A stretch of DNA of 64,000 bases from Candidatus Latescibacterota bacterium (GTDB lineage: Bacteria; Latescibacterota; UBA2968; GCA-2709665): the NCBI GenBank assembly GCA_965222075.1, contig OZ244937.1:3904001-3968000 (forward strand), given 5' to 3'. The position numbers and the translations under genes are program-made. This document shows, piece by piece, positions 47,090-57,044 of this stretch (positions are counted from its first letter, which is position 1; every line of letters starts with the position of its first letter). The notes beneath the pieces are model-generated. The model made no database searches and was not told the DNA's origin. It worked only from the letters and a program-made list of their open reading frames with translations.

Positions 47090-48457
47090 TCACCTGATAC
47101 GGTTAAGCCCATTCAAAGCGGCAACCCGATAAGCCTCCGCCATCGTTGGATAATTGAACGTCGTATTGATAAAATACATCAATGAGTTGGCCTTGCCTTT
47201 TTGCGCCATAATCGCCTGGCCGATGTGAATAATCTCCGATGCTTCAGAACCGAAGCAGTGGATGCCGAGGAGTTCCAGCGTTCTACGGTGGAAAAGGAGC
47301 TTCAGCATCCCGGTCGTGCGCCCGGTAATCTGCGCCCGCGCCAGGTGCCGGAAGAACGCATGGCCGACTTCATAGGGCACCTTCTTCGTCGTAAGCTCCT
47401 GTTCCGTAAGCCCGACCGAGCTGATCTCGGGTATGGTATAAATACCGGTCGGGATATTTTCAACAAGGCGGTACTCGCATTTCCCAAAAACCAAGTGCGT
47501 GGCTGCAAACCGCCCCTGATCGTATGCGGCGCTGGCCAGGTTGGGGTACCCCACAACATCGCCCACCGCATAGATATGGCTCCGGGCCGTCTGATAGTCA
47601 CCGTTGATAACAATAGACCCCCGCTCGTCGGTCTTGATGCCGATGGTCTCCAGCCCCATGCGATCCGAATTCCCCGTCCTGCCCTGCGCCCACAGGAGGG
47701 TATCGGTGTGAATCTGTTTGTTGGACTTCAGGTAAAGCCGGACCCCGCGATCGTCCGCCTCGACCCTCTTGTACTCTTCGTCGTGTCGGATTATCACTCC
47801 ATGCTCGCGCAAGTGGTAACTTAAGGCATCGATGATCTCATCGTCTAAAAAGGTCAACAGCCGATCCCGGCTGTTGATCAGGTTGACCTTGATACGCAGC
47901 CCCCGGAAAATAGAAGCGTACTCGCAGCCCACCACCCCGGCCCCGTAGATCGTAATCGACCGCGGGTTTTCTGTGAGGCTCAAACCCGAATCGCTGTCCA
48001 CAATGCGCGGATGCGAAAAATCCACATCCGGGGGGTGGTACGGCCTGGAACCGGTTGCAATAATAAACCCGGAGGCGCTATATTGCTCTTTCGTACCCCC
48101 GGCCAGCTCGACTTCAACCGTATGCTCATCCAAAAAAACTGCGCGGCCGTGGATAACATCCACCAGATTGCGTTCGTAAAACCCCTGGCGCAAATCCACC
48201 TGTTTCCGGATAACGGACTCGGCCGATTGCAGCAGATCCTGATATTTGGCATCTCGATACCTGCCGGTATCCGCAAGCTGCTGGATGGCGTGTCTCAGGG
48301 CCTTGCTGGGAATCGTCCCCCGGTGCGTACAGTTACCGCCAACAGTGGGAAGATCGTCGATCACCGCAACCTGTCTCCCTTCCTTGGCCGCCTTCATCGC
48401 CGCTCCTTCCCCGCCAGGCCCACTCCCGATCACCATCACATCGTAATCGTGCTCCAT
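47090..48457 (-). CDS. sthA: Soluble pyridine nucleotide transhydrogenase
   Basis: [56 protein letters not shown]. Confidence 0.95.
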   Translation of the reverse strand: MEHDYDVMVIGSGPGGEGAAMKAAKEGRQVAVIDDLPTVGGNCTHRGTIPSKALRHAIQQLADTGRYRDAKYQDLLQSAESVIRKQVDLRQGFYERNLVDVIHGRAVFLDEHTVEVELAGGTKEQYSASGFIIATGSRPYHPPDVDFSHPRIVDSDSGLSLTENPRSITIYGAGVVGCEYASIFRGLRIKVNLINSRDRLLTFLDDEIIDALSYHLREHGVIIRHDEEYKRVEADDRGVRLYLKSNKQIHTDTLLWAQGRTGNSDRMGLETIGIKTDERGSIVINGDYQTARSHIYAVGDVVGYPNLASAAYDQGRFAATHLVFGKCEYRLVENIPTGIYTIPEISSVGLTEQELTTKKVPYEVGHAFFRHLARAQITGRTTGMLKLLFHRRTLELLGIHCFGSEASEIIHIGQAIMAQKGKANSLMYFINTTFNYPTMAEAYRVAALNGLNRIR

Positions 48458-48663
48458 AAGATTGATGATACCCTCGTCAACGTCCGTGTCTTTCCGCCTG
48501 CGCCTTCTGTTTGAGGATCAAAATATCTCTTGAAGACGCACCTGTCAAATTCTTTGTGGTAGCCTACTACGTAAAACCGAGTCAGCACAAAAAAAACAGG
48601 TGCCGACCCTACCTTCAGATCGGCACCCATAACAAGCCGAGAAAGTCTTCACAAAGAGAAAGA

Positions 48664-48876
48664 CTATACCTGTGCCTGCTGCTTGACGACATTGGCCGCC
48701 TGCAGCCCCTTGGGACCCTGCACGATGTCAAACTCGACATCTTCCCCTTCGGACAACGACTTAAATCCATCGCCCTGGATCGCGGAAAAGTGCACAAACA
48801 CATCTTCGCCGCCATCCTGCTCGATAAAGCCGTAGCCTTTCGCGTCGTTAAACCACTTCACTCTACCTACCGCCAA
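48664..48876 (-). CDS. Cold-shock protein (CspA family)
   Basis: [34 protein letters not shown]; TTG start. Confidence 0.95.
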   Translation of the reverse strand: MAVGRVKWFNDAKGYGFIEQDGGEDVFVHFSAIQGDGFKSLSEGEDVEFDIVQGPKGLQAANVVKQQAQV

Positions 48877-49014
48877 CTGAATTCACCACCTTTCTGCCTT
48901 AAAATGGAGCGTTTAATAAAAATGGCAAGAACCGGAACCTCTGATCCTTGCCACATCGCCATTTTCGAGTTCGACTGCAAAGGAAACAGAAACCATATCC
49001 CTCTATTCACAGAA

Positions 49015-49043
49015 AAGATACTTTATTCTTTTTCAAAAGTCAA
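49015..49043 (-). promoter_or_regulatory. Sigma70 promoter of csp, implying a 5' UTR of about 130 nt
   Basis: TTGACT-17 nt-TATCTT. Confidence 0.6.
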
Positions 49044-49329
49044 TCATTTTTATGGTTCATGGAAGATTTCGGCGGGAAATCAATTGCGGTACTGCCATAA
49101 AGGGTGGCGCTGTCTCCGTTCGCAGACGTTCCAATATAGATTGAAAAGTCCACAAGATCAAAATCTTTCTCAATCTGGGCAGGACGCGCATGAGATCCTT
49201 AACTGTGACGCCTGTCCAAATTTTAGTAATTTTAATATAATTATCATTTATAGTTTGACACCATAACTATCAAATAAACATCAATATATGACTCCCGCTC
49301 CTCAACCGGAGTTTCCGGACAGAATCGAC

Positions 49330-49358
49330 TTGCCAGTTTGAGCTAAATGCCTTATATT
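49330..49358 (+). promoter_or_regulatory. Putative sigma70 promoter of the CBS-korAB-CBS operon
   Basis: TTGCCA-17 nt-TATATT in an AT-rich divergent intergenic region. Confidence 0.5.
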
Positions 49359-49419
49359 TATTACCAATAGGGGAATATTCTAAGAATCGATAACCTACCT
49401 TGGTTGCAGAAAATTCACA

Positions 49420-49887
49420 ATGAGCCTCGAACAGGATCTCCAGGCCGAAATCGTCGGTCACCTGGATCTGTCCCTCTACCTCACCGTGGAGGACGGAACG
49501 CAGGTCAAAGATGTCTTGCAGCGCATGCGGGAACAGAGGCGCAACTGCGTGCTGGTCACAAATGGCGGACGCCTGGCCGGCATCTTCACCGAGCGCGACG
49601 TGCTGAGGAAGGTTGTCAATCACCCGGAGACCTGGGACGGTCCCGTGGTTATGGTGATGACCGCCATGCCCCATACCGTCCGGTCCGATGACCTGGTCGC
49701 CCAGGCAATCGACCTGATGAACTCGGGCCACTTCCGGAATATGCCGGTGGTGGACAGCGAAGGAAAGGTCACTGGTAACCTGACTCAGTACGCCATCATC
49801 CAATTTCTCTGCGACCACTTTCCGCAGGAAGTCTACAACCTGCCGCCCGATCCGGACCAGACGGCCAACGCCCGCGATGGGGCTTGA
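49420..49887 (+). CDS. CBS-pair domain protein
   Basis: LAGIFTERDVL, GHFRNMPVVD, YNLPP tail. Confidence 0.88.
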   Translation: MSLEQDLQAEIVGHLDLSLYLTVEDGTQVKDVLQRMREQRRNCVLVTNGGRLAGIFTERDVLRKVVNHPETWDGPVVMVMTAMPHTVRSDDLVAQAIDLMNSGHFRNMPVVDSEGKVTGNLTQYAIIQFLCDHFPQEVYNLPPDPDQTANARDGA

Positions 49888-49961
49888 AGCGCAGGCAACC
49901 AGAAGCTGCGTCGGGCAAACATTTGAACAATTATGACCTCAAGACAGGAGGTTACGTAACA

Positions 49962-51845
49962 ATGGCCGAAGAAATGGTCGAAACAACGGTCGAAACAACG
50001 GTCGAAACAACGGTCCAGGAACTGGCGGAGCTGGAATCCGTAGCCGTCCGCTTTGCCGGAGATTCCGGCGATGGCAGTCAGCTGATCGGTGGTGAGTTCG
50101 CCAACACCTCTGCCATTGTCGGCAACGACATCAGCACCATGCCCGACTTTCCGGCGGAGATCCGCGCCCCTGCCGGCACCCTGCCCGGCGTCAGCGGGTT
50201 CCAGGTCCACATAGCCGGTGAAGACATCTACACCCCCGGCGACAACCCCCAGGTGCTGGTTGCCATGAATCCGGCCGCCCTGAAGGTCAACATAGACGAC
50301 ATGCCCCCCGGCGCCGTTATCGTTGTCAACAAAGACAACTTTACCAAGAACAACCTCCGCAAGGCCGGCTACACTACCAACCCCCTCGAAGACGGATCGC
50401 TGAAGGACTACCGGGTCTGTGAAGTCCCGCTGACAACCCTCCATAAAAACGCCATGGAGGGAGTTGAAGGTCTCACCAACCGCCAGATCGACATGATGAA
50501 AAACATGTTCGCCCTCGGGCTCAGCTACTGGATATTCGACCGGCCCCTGGAGCCTACGATCAGGATGCTGGAAAAGAAATTTATCAGCCGACCCGCCATC
50601 GTCGAGGGAAACGTTCGCACCCTGAAGGCCGGGTACCACTACGGGGAAACCACCGAAGAGTTTCAGCTTCGCTACCGGGTGCTCAAGGCCCCGGTCCTGC
50701 CCGGCACCTACCGGGCCGTAAACGGCGCCCAGGCAACGGCGATGGGCTTTGCCACTGCGGCCCATAAGGCAGGCAAGACCCTCTTCTACGGAAGCTACCC
50801 GATCACCCCGGCCAGCGCCATCTTAGAAGAACTGGCCGCCCTCAAAAACTTCGACGTGCGGACCTTTCAGGCGGAAGACGAGATCGCCGCGGTCGGCTCG
50901 GCAATCGGCGCAGCCTTCGGAGGCGCCTTTGCGGCAACCGGCACCAGCGGCCCGGGCGTGGCGCTTAAAAGCGAGGCAATCAACCTGGCCGTTGTGCTGG
51001 AACTGCCCCTGGTGATCGCCAACTACCAGCGGGGAGGCCCCAGCACCGGCCTGCCCACAAAGGTCGAGCAGTCCGACCTGCTCCAGTGCCTCTTCGGCCG
51101 CAACGGCGAAAGCCCCATCCCGATGGTCGCCGCTGCAACCCCGGCCGAATGCTTTGCCATGGCCATCGAGGCCTTCCGCATCGCCGTGGAGAGCATGACG
51201 CCGGTCTTCTTTATGGCCGACGGCTACTTGGTCACCAGTTCGGAGCCCTGGAAGATCCCGGACCCGGACGACATCCCACCGATTCAGGTTGAGTACCGCA
51301 CCGACCCGGAGGGCTTCCAGCCCTATCTCAGACATCCCGAAACCCTGTCACGGCCCTGGGCCCTGCCCGGCACCCCCGGCCTGGAGCACCGCATCGGCGG
51401 GCTGGGCAAACAGGACATCACCGGGAACGTCTCCTACGACCCTCAGGACCACGAGCACATCGTCAAATTGCGGGCGGACAAGATCGCCAGAATCGCCGAC
51501 CGCATCCCCCAACAGGAGGTGCTTGGGCCGCCCGACGGAGACCTGCTCGTCGTCGGCTGGGGCAGCACCTACGGCGCCATCCGCACGGCCGTGCGGATGG
51601 CCCAAGCCCGGGGCAGATCGGTCGCCAGCGCCCACCTGAGGTACCTCAACCCCTTCCCGAAGAACCTGGCTGATATCCTCTCGCGCTACAAGAAGATCCT
51701 GGTGCCCGAAATGAACATGGGCCAGCTTGCCCTGCTGCTTCAGGGCCGCTACCTGGTCCAGGTCACCTCCTATCCCAAAGTGCAGGGGCAGCCCTTTAAG
51801 ATCTCCGAGATCGCCCGTAAAATCGACGAGATGTTGGAAGCATAG
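49962..51845 (+). CDS. korA: 2-oxoacid:ferredoxin oxidoreductase alpha subunit
   Basis: RFAGDSGDG, FPAEIRAPAG, YPITPAS, QAEDEIAA, QRGGPSTGLPTK; GGAGG RBS before ATG 49962. Confidence 0.93.
   Translation: MAEEMVETTVETTVETTVQELAELESVAVRFAGDSGDGSQLIGGEFANTSAIVGNDISTMPDFPAEIRAPAGTLPGVSGFQVHIAGEDIYTPGDNPQVLVAMNPAALKVNIDDMPPGAVIVVNKDNFTKNNLRKAGYTTNPLEDGSLKDYRVCEVPLTTLHKNAMEGVEGLTNRQIDMMKNMFALGLSYWIFDRPLEPTIRMLEKKFISRPAIVEGNVRTLKAGYHYGETTEEFQLRYRVLKAPVLPGTYRAVNGAQATAMGFATAAHKAGKTLFYGSYPITPASAILEELAALKNFDVRTFQAEDEIAAVGSAIGAAFGGAFAATGTSGPGVALKSEAINLAVVLELPLVIANYQRGGPSTGLPTKVEQSDLLQCLFGRNGESPIPMVAAATPAECFAMAIEAFRIAVESMTPVFFMADGYLVTSSEPWKIPDPDDIPPIQVEYRTDPEGFQPYLRHPETLSRPWALPGTPGLEHRIGGLGKQDITGNVSYDPQDHEHIVKLRADKIARIADRIPQQEVLGPPDGDLLVVGWGSTYGAIRTAVRMAQARGRSVASAHLRYLNPFPKNLADILSRYKKILVPEMNMGQLALLLQGRYLVQVTSYPKVQGQPFKISEIARKIDEMLEA
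49976..50015 (+). repeat. In-frame 12-bp tandem repeat (VETT x3) in the korA N-terminus
   Basis: GGTCGAAACAAC x3 plus GGTC. Confidence 0.95.
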
Positions 51846-51882
51846 CCACCTATCCACCCGGATATGACCTGGAGAAAAACGA

Positions 51883-52917
51883 ATGGCCGAAGCCGCAGTG
51901 AAAACAGAAAATCTGACGCGAAAGAACTTTGTATCCGACCAGGCGGTTCGCTGGTGCCCCGGCTGTGGAGACTATGCAATTCTGGCCCAGATGCAGCGGA
52001 TGCTGCCGGAGTTGGGGATTCCAAAGGAAAAGCTCGTATTCGTCTCCGGCATCGGCTGTTCCAGCCGGTTCCCTTACTACATGAACACCTACGGCATCCA
52101 CTCCGTCCACGGGCGCGCGCCAACCCTGGCCACAGGGTTGAAAGTGGCCAATCCCGACCTGCACATCTGGGTCATCACCGGCGACGGCGACGGCCTGTCG
52201 ATCGGCGGCAACCACCTGCTCCATGCCATGCGCAGGAACGTGGACCTGAACATCATCCTCTTCAACAACCGCATCTACGGTCTCACAAAGGGGCAGTATT
52301 CACCTACCTCCCTGCCGGGGCACGTCACCTATTCCTCCCCGATGGGGTCCATCGAACAGTCGTTCAATCCGACCTCGGTCGCCATTGGCGCTGAAGCGAC
52401 CTTTGTGGCGCGCGCGGTGGACAGAAACACGAAACACCTGGCCGAAATACTCCGCCGTGCGGCCGAGCACAGAGGCACCTCCTTTGTGGAGATCTATCAG
52501 AACTGCAACATCTACAACGACGGCGCCTGGTTCTACATGACCGAAGGCGACAACAAAGAGGAGAATGTCCTCTACTTAGAGCACGGGAGTCCTATGGTTT
52601 TTGGGAAAGGTCGGAACAGGGGCATCTGTCTGGACGGCCTCCAGCCTGAAATCGTCACCCTGGACAACGGCATCGGCGAAGACGACCTGTTGGTCCACGA
52701 TGAACATGCGGAGCAGCCGGCCCTGGCCTATCTGTTAAGTCGGATGGACCACCCTCAATTTCCGGTCCCTCTGGGTGTCTTCAGGTCCGTTGAACGCCCG
52801 ACCTATGAAAACCAGCTCGTCGAGCAGGGGAAAACGGCCGTCGAGCAGAAGGGGCAGGGACACCTGGCGGACCTTTACAAGTCGGCCTACACCTGGACCG
52901 TCCCGGGCGACTCCTGA
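51883..52917 (+). CDS. korB: 2-oxoacid:ferredoxin oxidoreductase beta subunit
   Basis: WCPGCGD, SGIGCSSR, GDGDGLSIG, NNRIYGLTKGQYSPT. Confidence 0.95.
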   Translation: MAEAAVKTENLTRKNFVSDQAVRWCPGCGDYAILAQMQRMLPELGIPKEKLVFVSGIGCSSRFPYYMNTYGIHSVHGRAPTLATGLKVANPDLHIWVITGDGDGLSIGGNHLLHAMRRNVDLNIILFNNRIYGLTKGQYSPTSLPGHVTYSSPMGSIEQSFNPTSVAIGAEATFVARAVDRNTKHLAEILRRAAEHRGTSFVEIYQNCNIYNDGAWFYMTEGDNKEENVLYLEHGSPMVFGKGRNRGICLDGLQPEIVTLDNGIGEDDLLVHDEHAEQPALAYLLSRMDHPQFPVPLGVFRSVERPTYENQLVEQGKTAVEQKGQGHLADLYKSAYTWTVPGDS

Positions 52918-52929
52918 AAGAGGGACGTT

Positions 52930-53454
52930 ATGGAGTGTCCAGCCTGCGACTATGAAAACATCCCGGGCGCGGATGTCTGTAAGGCGTGCGGTGTGAGTCT
53001 CACTCACGAGGACCTGCTGGCTCCAGCGGAGGATGAACACCACAGCATCCTGACGGACCCGATCTCTGTGCTCAACCCGCCGGCCCCGGAGTGTGTCTCG
53101 TCGGATACGTCGGTCGCCGAGGCGGTCTCCCGGATGCAGGAGAAACGCGTGGGGTGTGTTCTCGTAACGGATAACGACGGAAGGCTGATCGGCGTCTTCA
53201 CCGAACGCGACGTGCTCTACAGGGTCGCCTGCCAGATCCGCGACCTCTCCTGTATTTCCGTCGGAAGCCTGATGGTGCCCCAGCCAACGGCCCTGAAGCT
53301 CTCCGCGCCCATTGCCTATGCCCTCCACCTGATGTCCATCCACGGATTCCGCCACATCCCCCTGGTCGACGACGGTGGAAAACCGATAGGGATCACCTCG
53401 TTTCGGGGTGTCGTCGATTTCATCGGAAAGCTTCGTTCAGCCCATTCCTCCTGA
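52930..53454 (+). CDS. Zinc-ribbon plus CBS-pair protein
   Basis: CPAC...CKAC N-terminus; GVFTERDVL, GFRHIPLVD. Confidence 0.88.
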   Translation: MECPACDYENIPGADVCKACGVSLTHEDLLAPAEDEHHSILTDPISVLNPPAPECVSSDTSVAEAVSRMQEKRVGCVLVTDNDGRLIGVFTERDVLYRVACQIRDLSCISVGSLMVPQPTALKLSAPIAYALHLMSIHGFRHIPLVDDGGKPIGITSFRGVVDFIGKLRSAHSS

Positions 53455-53478
53455 CGGGTTCCGGTCATCCCTCACATC

Positions 53479-53527
53479 CAGAAAACACAGGACCCACGAA
53501 ACGTAAGATCCGTGGGCTGTATTTCTG
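53479..53527. terminator. Hairpin between convergent genes
   Basis: CAGAAA.ACAG..CCCACG / CGTGGG.CTGT.TTTCTG imperfect inverted repeat. Confidence 0.45.
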
Positions 53528-53629
53528 TACTCGGGAAATGGGCATTCGTATTGGCAGATTGTCCTCCAGCGCGTATACTACTCCAGCAGACCACGAACAG
53601 GAGAGGAGACCGCCATGGACAAAAGTCGC

Positions 53630-54373
53630 TCACGTTCCGCTGAGAGAGACGCAGTGCGCCTCGATAATCGTCTCCAGAGCAATCAGATGCGCCTGCACGC
53701 GGCGCGCCATCGGCTCTCCGGTCGGCGTCTCGGACGTGATTAGATGGTCGGTATACTTCTGCTGAAACAGTGCAATCGGAATCCCCTCCCCCTTCCGCCG
53801 CCTCTCTACCGCCAGGTTCGGAAAAATCACCCCGTTTTGCGCCGCCTCATTTTCAATCGTCGTATTCATATTCAACGGACAAACCTCGGAAACCCGGCGG
53901 GTGACCTCCCGGCCGATCGACAGCCTGCCTCGAAATTGTTCGTACAAATAGTACCCCGGACTCTCCCAGTCCTCGTGCAGATCGACCACGGCCTCGAACT
54001 CCCGGTCTTTGACAAAATCTCGAATAATATCAATCTCGGGGACATCGTTCCGCAAAAATGCCCAGTTAATATCGGTTTCCTGACCGTTAAGCCGGGTTTC
54101 GTGGACATAGCCGTAGGAATTTAAGCAGGGAATCACCTCGAATTGAAGCTGCCCCAGCCACCGGCTCTGGTCCGCCTCCAAAAAGGCCAGCGCTCCTTCC
54201 ACACCGGCCGGCTCGTCTCCGTGGGTGCCGCCGTTAATAAAAAAAACCGGACGCGAAGCATCCTCAGAAAGCCTCACCCCGTAGATCGGATATCCCCCCG
54301 CCTCGCCCAGAACGCGGGAATCGGCATCTAATAGCGCCTCCACCCGGCGGACGATATTCCCGTAATCTCGCAT
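53630..54373 (-). CDS. M14-family metallocarboxypeptidase (AstE/AspA-like)
   Basis: GGTHGDEPAG, DINW.F, DLHED, TSETP. Confidence 0.88.
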   Translation of the reverse strand: MRDYGNIVRRVEALLDADSRVLGEAGGYPIYGVRLSEDASRPVFFINGGTHGDEPAGVEGALAFLEADQSRWLGQLQFEVIPCLNSYGYVHETRLNGQETDINWAFLRNDVPEIDIIRDFVKDREFEAVVDLHEDWESPGYYLYEQFRGRLSIGREVTRRVSEVCPLNMNTTIENEAAQNGVIFPNLAVERRRKGEGIPIALFQQKYTDHLITSETPTGEPMARRVQAHLIALETIIEAHCVSLSGT

Positions 54374-54498
54374 TCTCACCCCTTGTTATAAATGCGCTTG
54401 CGGTCGGGGACTCACCAGGAATTTTAAGACAGTTTCTTAGAAAAGGCCCCTGGATAAACAGCATCTCCAGAGGCCTGTCGCGTGTCACCCAACCGCCT

Positions 54499-55407
54499 CT
54501 ATCGGTCCGTCAGCCCGTCGACCTCTGCGCGATCCACCCAGCTCTCGAACCCGACCTGGCCGGACAGCCTCCAGGCCGTCAGATAGAGCGCAGCCGTAAA
54601 CCGCGTGGCCTCACGGGCCCGACCGGTTCCAAAATCGACCACCTCGGGCACGGGTTCCCATTCCCCTTGGCCGGCAGGCGGCAGGCGGTCTTCCATTTCA
54701 TAGACCCGGTCGATCAGAGAGCTGCTCGCTTCAATCTGAGCAAAAATACCGGCCATCAGATCGTCAATTGGTTCGATCTTCTGATCCCGGGCAAGGTCGT
54801 CCGGTTTGAGCCCCAACCTTCGGACCAGATCGTCGACCTTAAAATGGATCCCCGTGCGCTGGAACGTCCCATCCGGTTTTGGCCTGCCGTCATAGTGCAT
54901 CGTCACGTGCAGAGGCTGGCACAGATCCTGCGCGTAGTGGGCGATAAAACCGGCATAAACCAGGCACTTCTGTTGAATGTAGGGATTCTCGGGCCACTTC
55001 CGGTGCTCCGCAAAGGCCACGGCCAGGCGCTGTGTCCATTCGGCAACCGCATAGGGCAGAAACCCCACGTCTTCCGGCCTGACGCTCTGTTCGGCGCAAA
55101 ACTGGACGAACGAATACCGATCTTTGGGCAGATCGCGATCTCCTTCCTTCAAACGTTCTGGATTCAAATAGTGCTCCGGGTTTTCGGCCCTGCGCACCAG
55201 GGGCGTACCCCGGTTTTTCGCCAGATCCGGATCCCATACACAGTGGGCAATCGCGCCTCCTCCGGAACGGAAAAATTCCGGCACCTCTTCGGGTAGGGCC
55301 TTCGCCGCTGCCCGGCTCAGAATGCTGTGCCCCCGCGGCCACCAGCCCCAGGCCGGAGGCCCGCTCACCAGCAAAGCCAGGAGCAGAACTGTCAAAAAGC
55401 GTCCCAT
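54499..55407 (-). CDS. Secreted S1/P1 nuclease / zinc phospholipase C-like protein
   Basis: Signal peptide followed by W-W-P-R-G-H; PD, EHY, HYAQDLCQPLH, IH..VD zinc-ligand pattern. Confidence 0.8.
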   Translation of the reverse strand: MGRFLTVLLLALLVSGPPAWGWWPRGHSILSRAAAKALPEEVPEFFRSGGGAIAHCVWDPDLAKNRGTPLVRRAENPEHYLNPERLKEGDRDLPKDRYSFVQFCAEQSVRPEDVGFLPYAVAEWTQRLAVAFAEHRKWPENPYIQQKCLVYAGFIAHYAQDLCQPLHVTMHYDGRPKPDGTFQRTGIHFKVDDLVRRLGLKPDDLARDQKIEPIDDLMAGIFAQIEASSSLIDRVYEMEDRLPPAGQGEWEPVPEVVDFGTGRAREATRFTAALYLTAWRLSGQVGFESWVDRAEVDGLTDR

Positions 55408-55414
55408 TTTTCTG

Positions 55415-55443
55415 TTGACTCCTTCCGGGAAATGGCGTATTCT
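55415..55443 (+). promoter_or_regulatory. Sigma70 promoter driving a non-coding transcript
   Basis: TTGACT-17 nt-TATTCT. Confidence 0.65.
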
Positions 55444-55449
55444 TAAGTT

Positions 55450-55614
55450 GTCGAGCGGTTGTGAGAAAATAGACGTTCATCGGCCAACAGAACGGATGCG
55501 CGGGAGGCTTTTCTGAGGGGAGTGTAAGTCCTCGACGTGGATGTCCCTGTCGGCCGATGGCCTCTTTCCAGCACCTGCCCCCATTCTCTTGCAGGATGGG
55601 TCGGTGCTTTTTTT
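55450..55614 (+). ncRNA. Candidate ncRNA of about 165 nt, 6S RNA-like rod
   Basis: Bounded by a promoter and a terminator (AGCACC..GGTGCT-T run). Long helix CATCGGCC-A-ACAG / CTGT-C-GGCCGATG with a distal GAGGCTT/AAGTCCTC stem; no credible ORF. Confidence 0.55.
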
Positions 55615-55704
55615 ATGCCCCTGAGAATGGATCTCAGCCATCGAAAGGCTTCCGGAGTAAGGTATGCGATCTACATCACCGGGCTCTTTTTGGCAACGCC
55701 AACG

Positions 55705-55739
55705 AAAAAGGCGGGGGGCCAGTTGATGGCCCTCCGCCG
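55705..55739 (-). terminator. Intrinsic terminator after selC
   Basis: GGCGGAGGGCCA-tcaac-TGGCCCCCCGCC-TTTTT on the minus strand. Confidence 0.75.
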
Positions 55740-55744
55740 ATTCC

Positions 55745-55842
55745 TGGCGGGAATGTGTGGGAATCGAACCCACCCAGCGTGGGATTAGCACGCCGCAACG
55801 GGTTTGAAGCCCGCGAGGGCCACCAGTGCCCCATCCATTCCC
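55745..55842 (-). tRNA. selC: tRNA-Sec (anticodon UCA)
   Basis: GGGAATGG...CGGG-CTTCAAA-CCCG, long variable arm, GTGGG-TTCGATT-CCCAC, encoded CCA; directly downstream of selD. Confidence 0.97.
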
Positions 55843-55859
55843 GCGCAAATCGGTAAACA

Positions 55860-56909
55860 TCAGGGCAAAACCTCGATCTCCCCCGGATGTTCCGCCCCCG
55901 TCTCACCCACCAGTGCGGCCTCTAATCCCGCGGCCTTCAACTTTGAAAGCAGGGCCTCGGCTGGCTCCGCCGGCAGGGCGATCAACAGTCCGCCCGACGT
56001 CTGCGGATCAAAAAGCAGGCGCCGGAAAGCCTCCGGAATCTCCTCCGCCATCCGTACAAAGGGATCAAACGTGAGCCGGTTGCGCCGCAGCCCGCCCCCC
56101 TGCCGCTTTTTGGCAATCCGGTATGCTAAGTCAAAATACGGGATCTCCGAGGACCAAAACCGCAGCCCCACCCCGCTTCCTCGGGCCATCTCCCGGCCGT
56201 GGCCCAGCAGGCCGAACCCCGTAATATCCGTACAGGCGTGCGCCCCGTGCGCGGCCATTTGCGCGGAAGCCGCATCGTTCAGCCGGACCATAGACGCCGC
56301 AGCTGGCTGCATCTCCTCCTCGGAGATCTCGCCGCTCTTGTAGGCGTCGGAGACCAGCCCCGTTCCCAGCGGCTTGGTCAGAACCAGCCGGTCACCCGGC
56401 TGCGCTCCCGCATTCGTCACCACCCGGTCCGGGTGCACCATCCCTGTTACTGCAAGCCCGTACTTCGGCTCCACATCCTCCACCGTGTGCCCCCCCACCA
56501 GCACGGCCCCCGCCTCGGTCACCTTGTCCTGTCCCCCCCGCAGGATCTCCGCCACCACCTCGGAGTCGACCTCGTCGCTTGGGAATCCGCAGATGTTCAA
56601 GGCCGTAATCGGCCGCCCCCCCATCGCGTACACGTCGCTTAAGGAATTGGCGGCCGCCACCTGTCCGTACAGGTAGGGATCGTCCACGATCGGCGTGAAA
56701 AAATCGACCGTCTGGATCAGTGCCACATCCGCCGACACCCGGAACACTCCCGCGTCGTCGGCCGTGCTCAGCCCCACGAGCAGGTCGGGGTGGTTGATCC
56801 TGGGCAGATCTTTTAAAATCGCATCCAGCACCGCCGGATCCAGTTTGGACGCTCAACCGCCGCAGCTTACCATCTGTGTGAGCCGCTTCGCCTTCTTCCG
56901 CCACTTCAT
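55860..56909 (-). CDS. selD: Selenide, water dikinase (selenoprotein; UGA at codon 19)
   Basis: MKWRKKAKRLTQMVSCGG-TGA(56853-56855)-ASKLDP, in frame with DDAGV, QTVDFFTP, AANSLSDVYAMGG, DPQTSGGLL; GGAG RBS. Confidence 0.95.
56821..56852 (-). promoter_or_regulatory. Putative bacterial SECIS hairpin downstream of the selD UGA
   Basis: ATCCGGC-GGT-GCTGGAT stem-loop about 13 nt 3' of the UGA, with G in the apical loop. Confidence 0.6.
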
Positions 56910-56991
56910 CGGCTATCTCCCTTTCGCCAGTTCTGCATTTTCTTTCTCCAGTTACACCTTCTGCCAGCCGTAATCCACATCCCCCTCATAT

Positions 56992-57020
56992 AAAATACAT
57001 CACCTTTCCCTCACTGTCAA
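56992..57020 (-). promoter_or_regulatory. Internal sigma70 promoter for selD-selC
   Basis: TTGACA-17 nt-TATTTT. Confidence 0.55.
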
Positions 57021-57044
57021 CGCAGCAGAGAAGGCCTTCGAGGG

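Noticed and set aside
55450-55614. T-box riboswitch or SRP RNA
   Set aside because: No T-box UGGNACC antiterminator motif, no SRP GGAA-loop domain, and no downstream gene on that strand
55745-55842. tRNA-Sec as an integration site for an island
   Set aside because: No integrase and no duplicated tRNA 3' end seen in the window
56853-56855. selD as a nonsense pseudogene
   Set aside because: The TGA sits at the catalytic Cys/Sec position, with a SECIS-like hairpin and adjacent selB and selC
56906-56980. 24-codon uORF overlapping the selD start
   Set aside because: The SD-like sequence abuts the ATG with no spacing and nothing else supports translation
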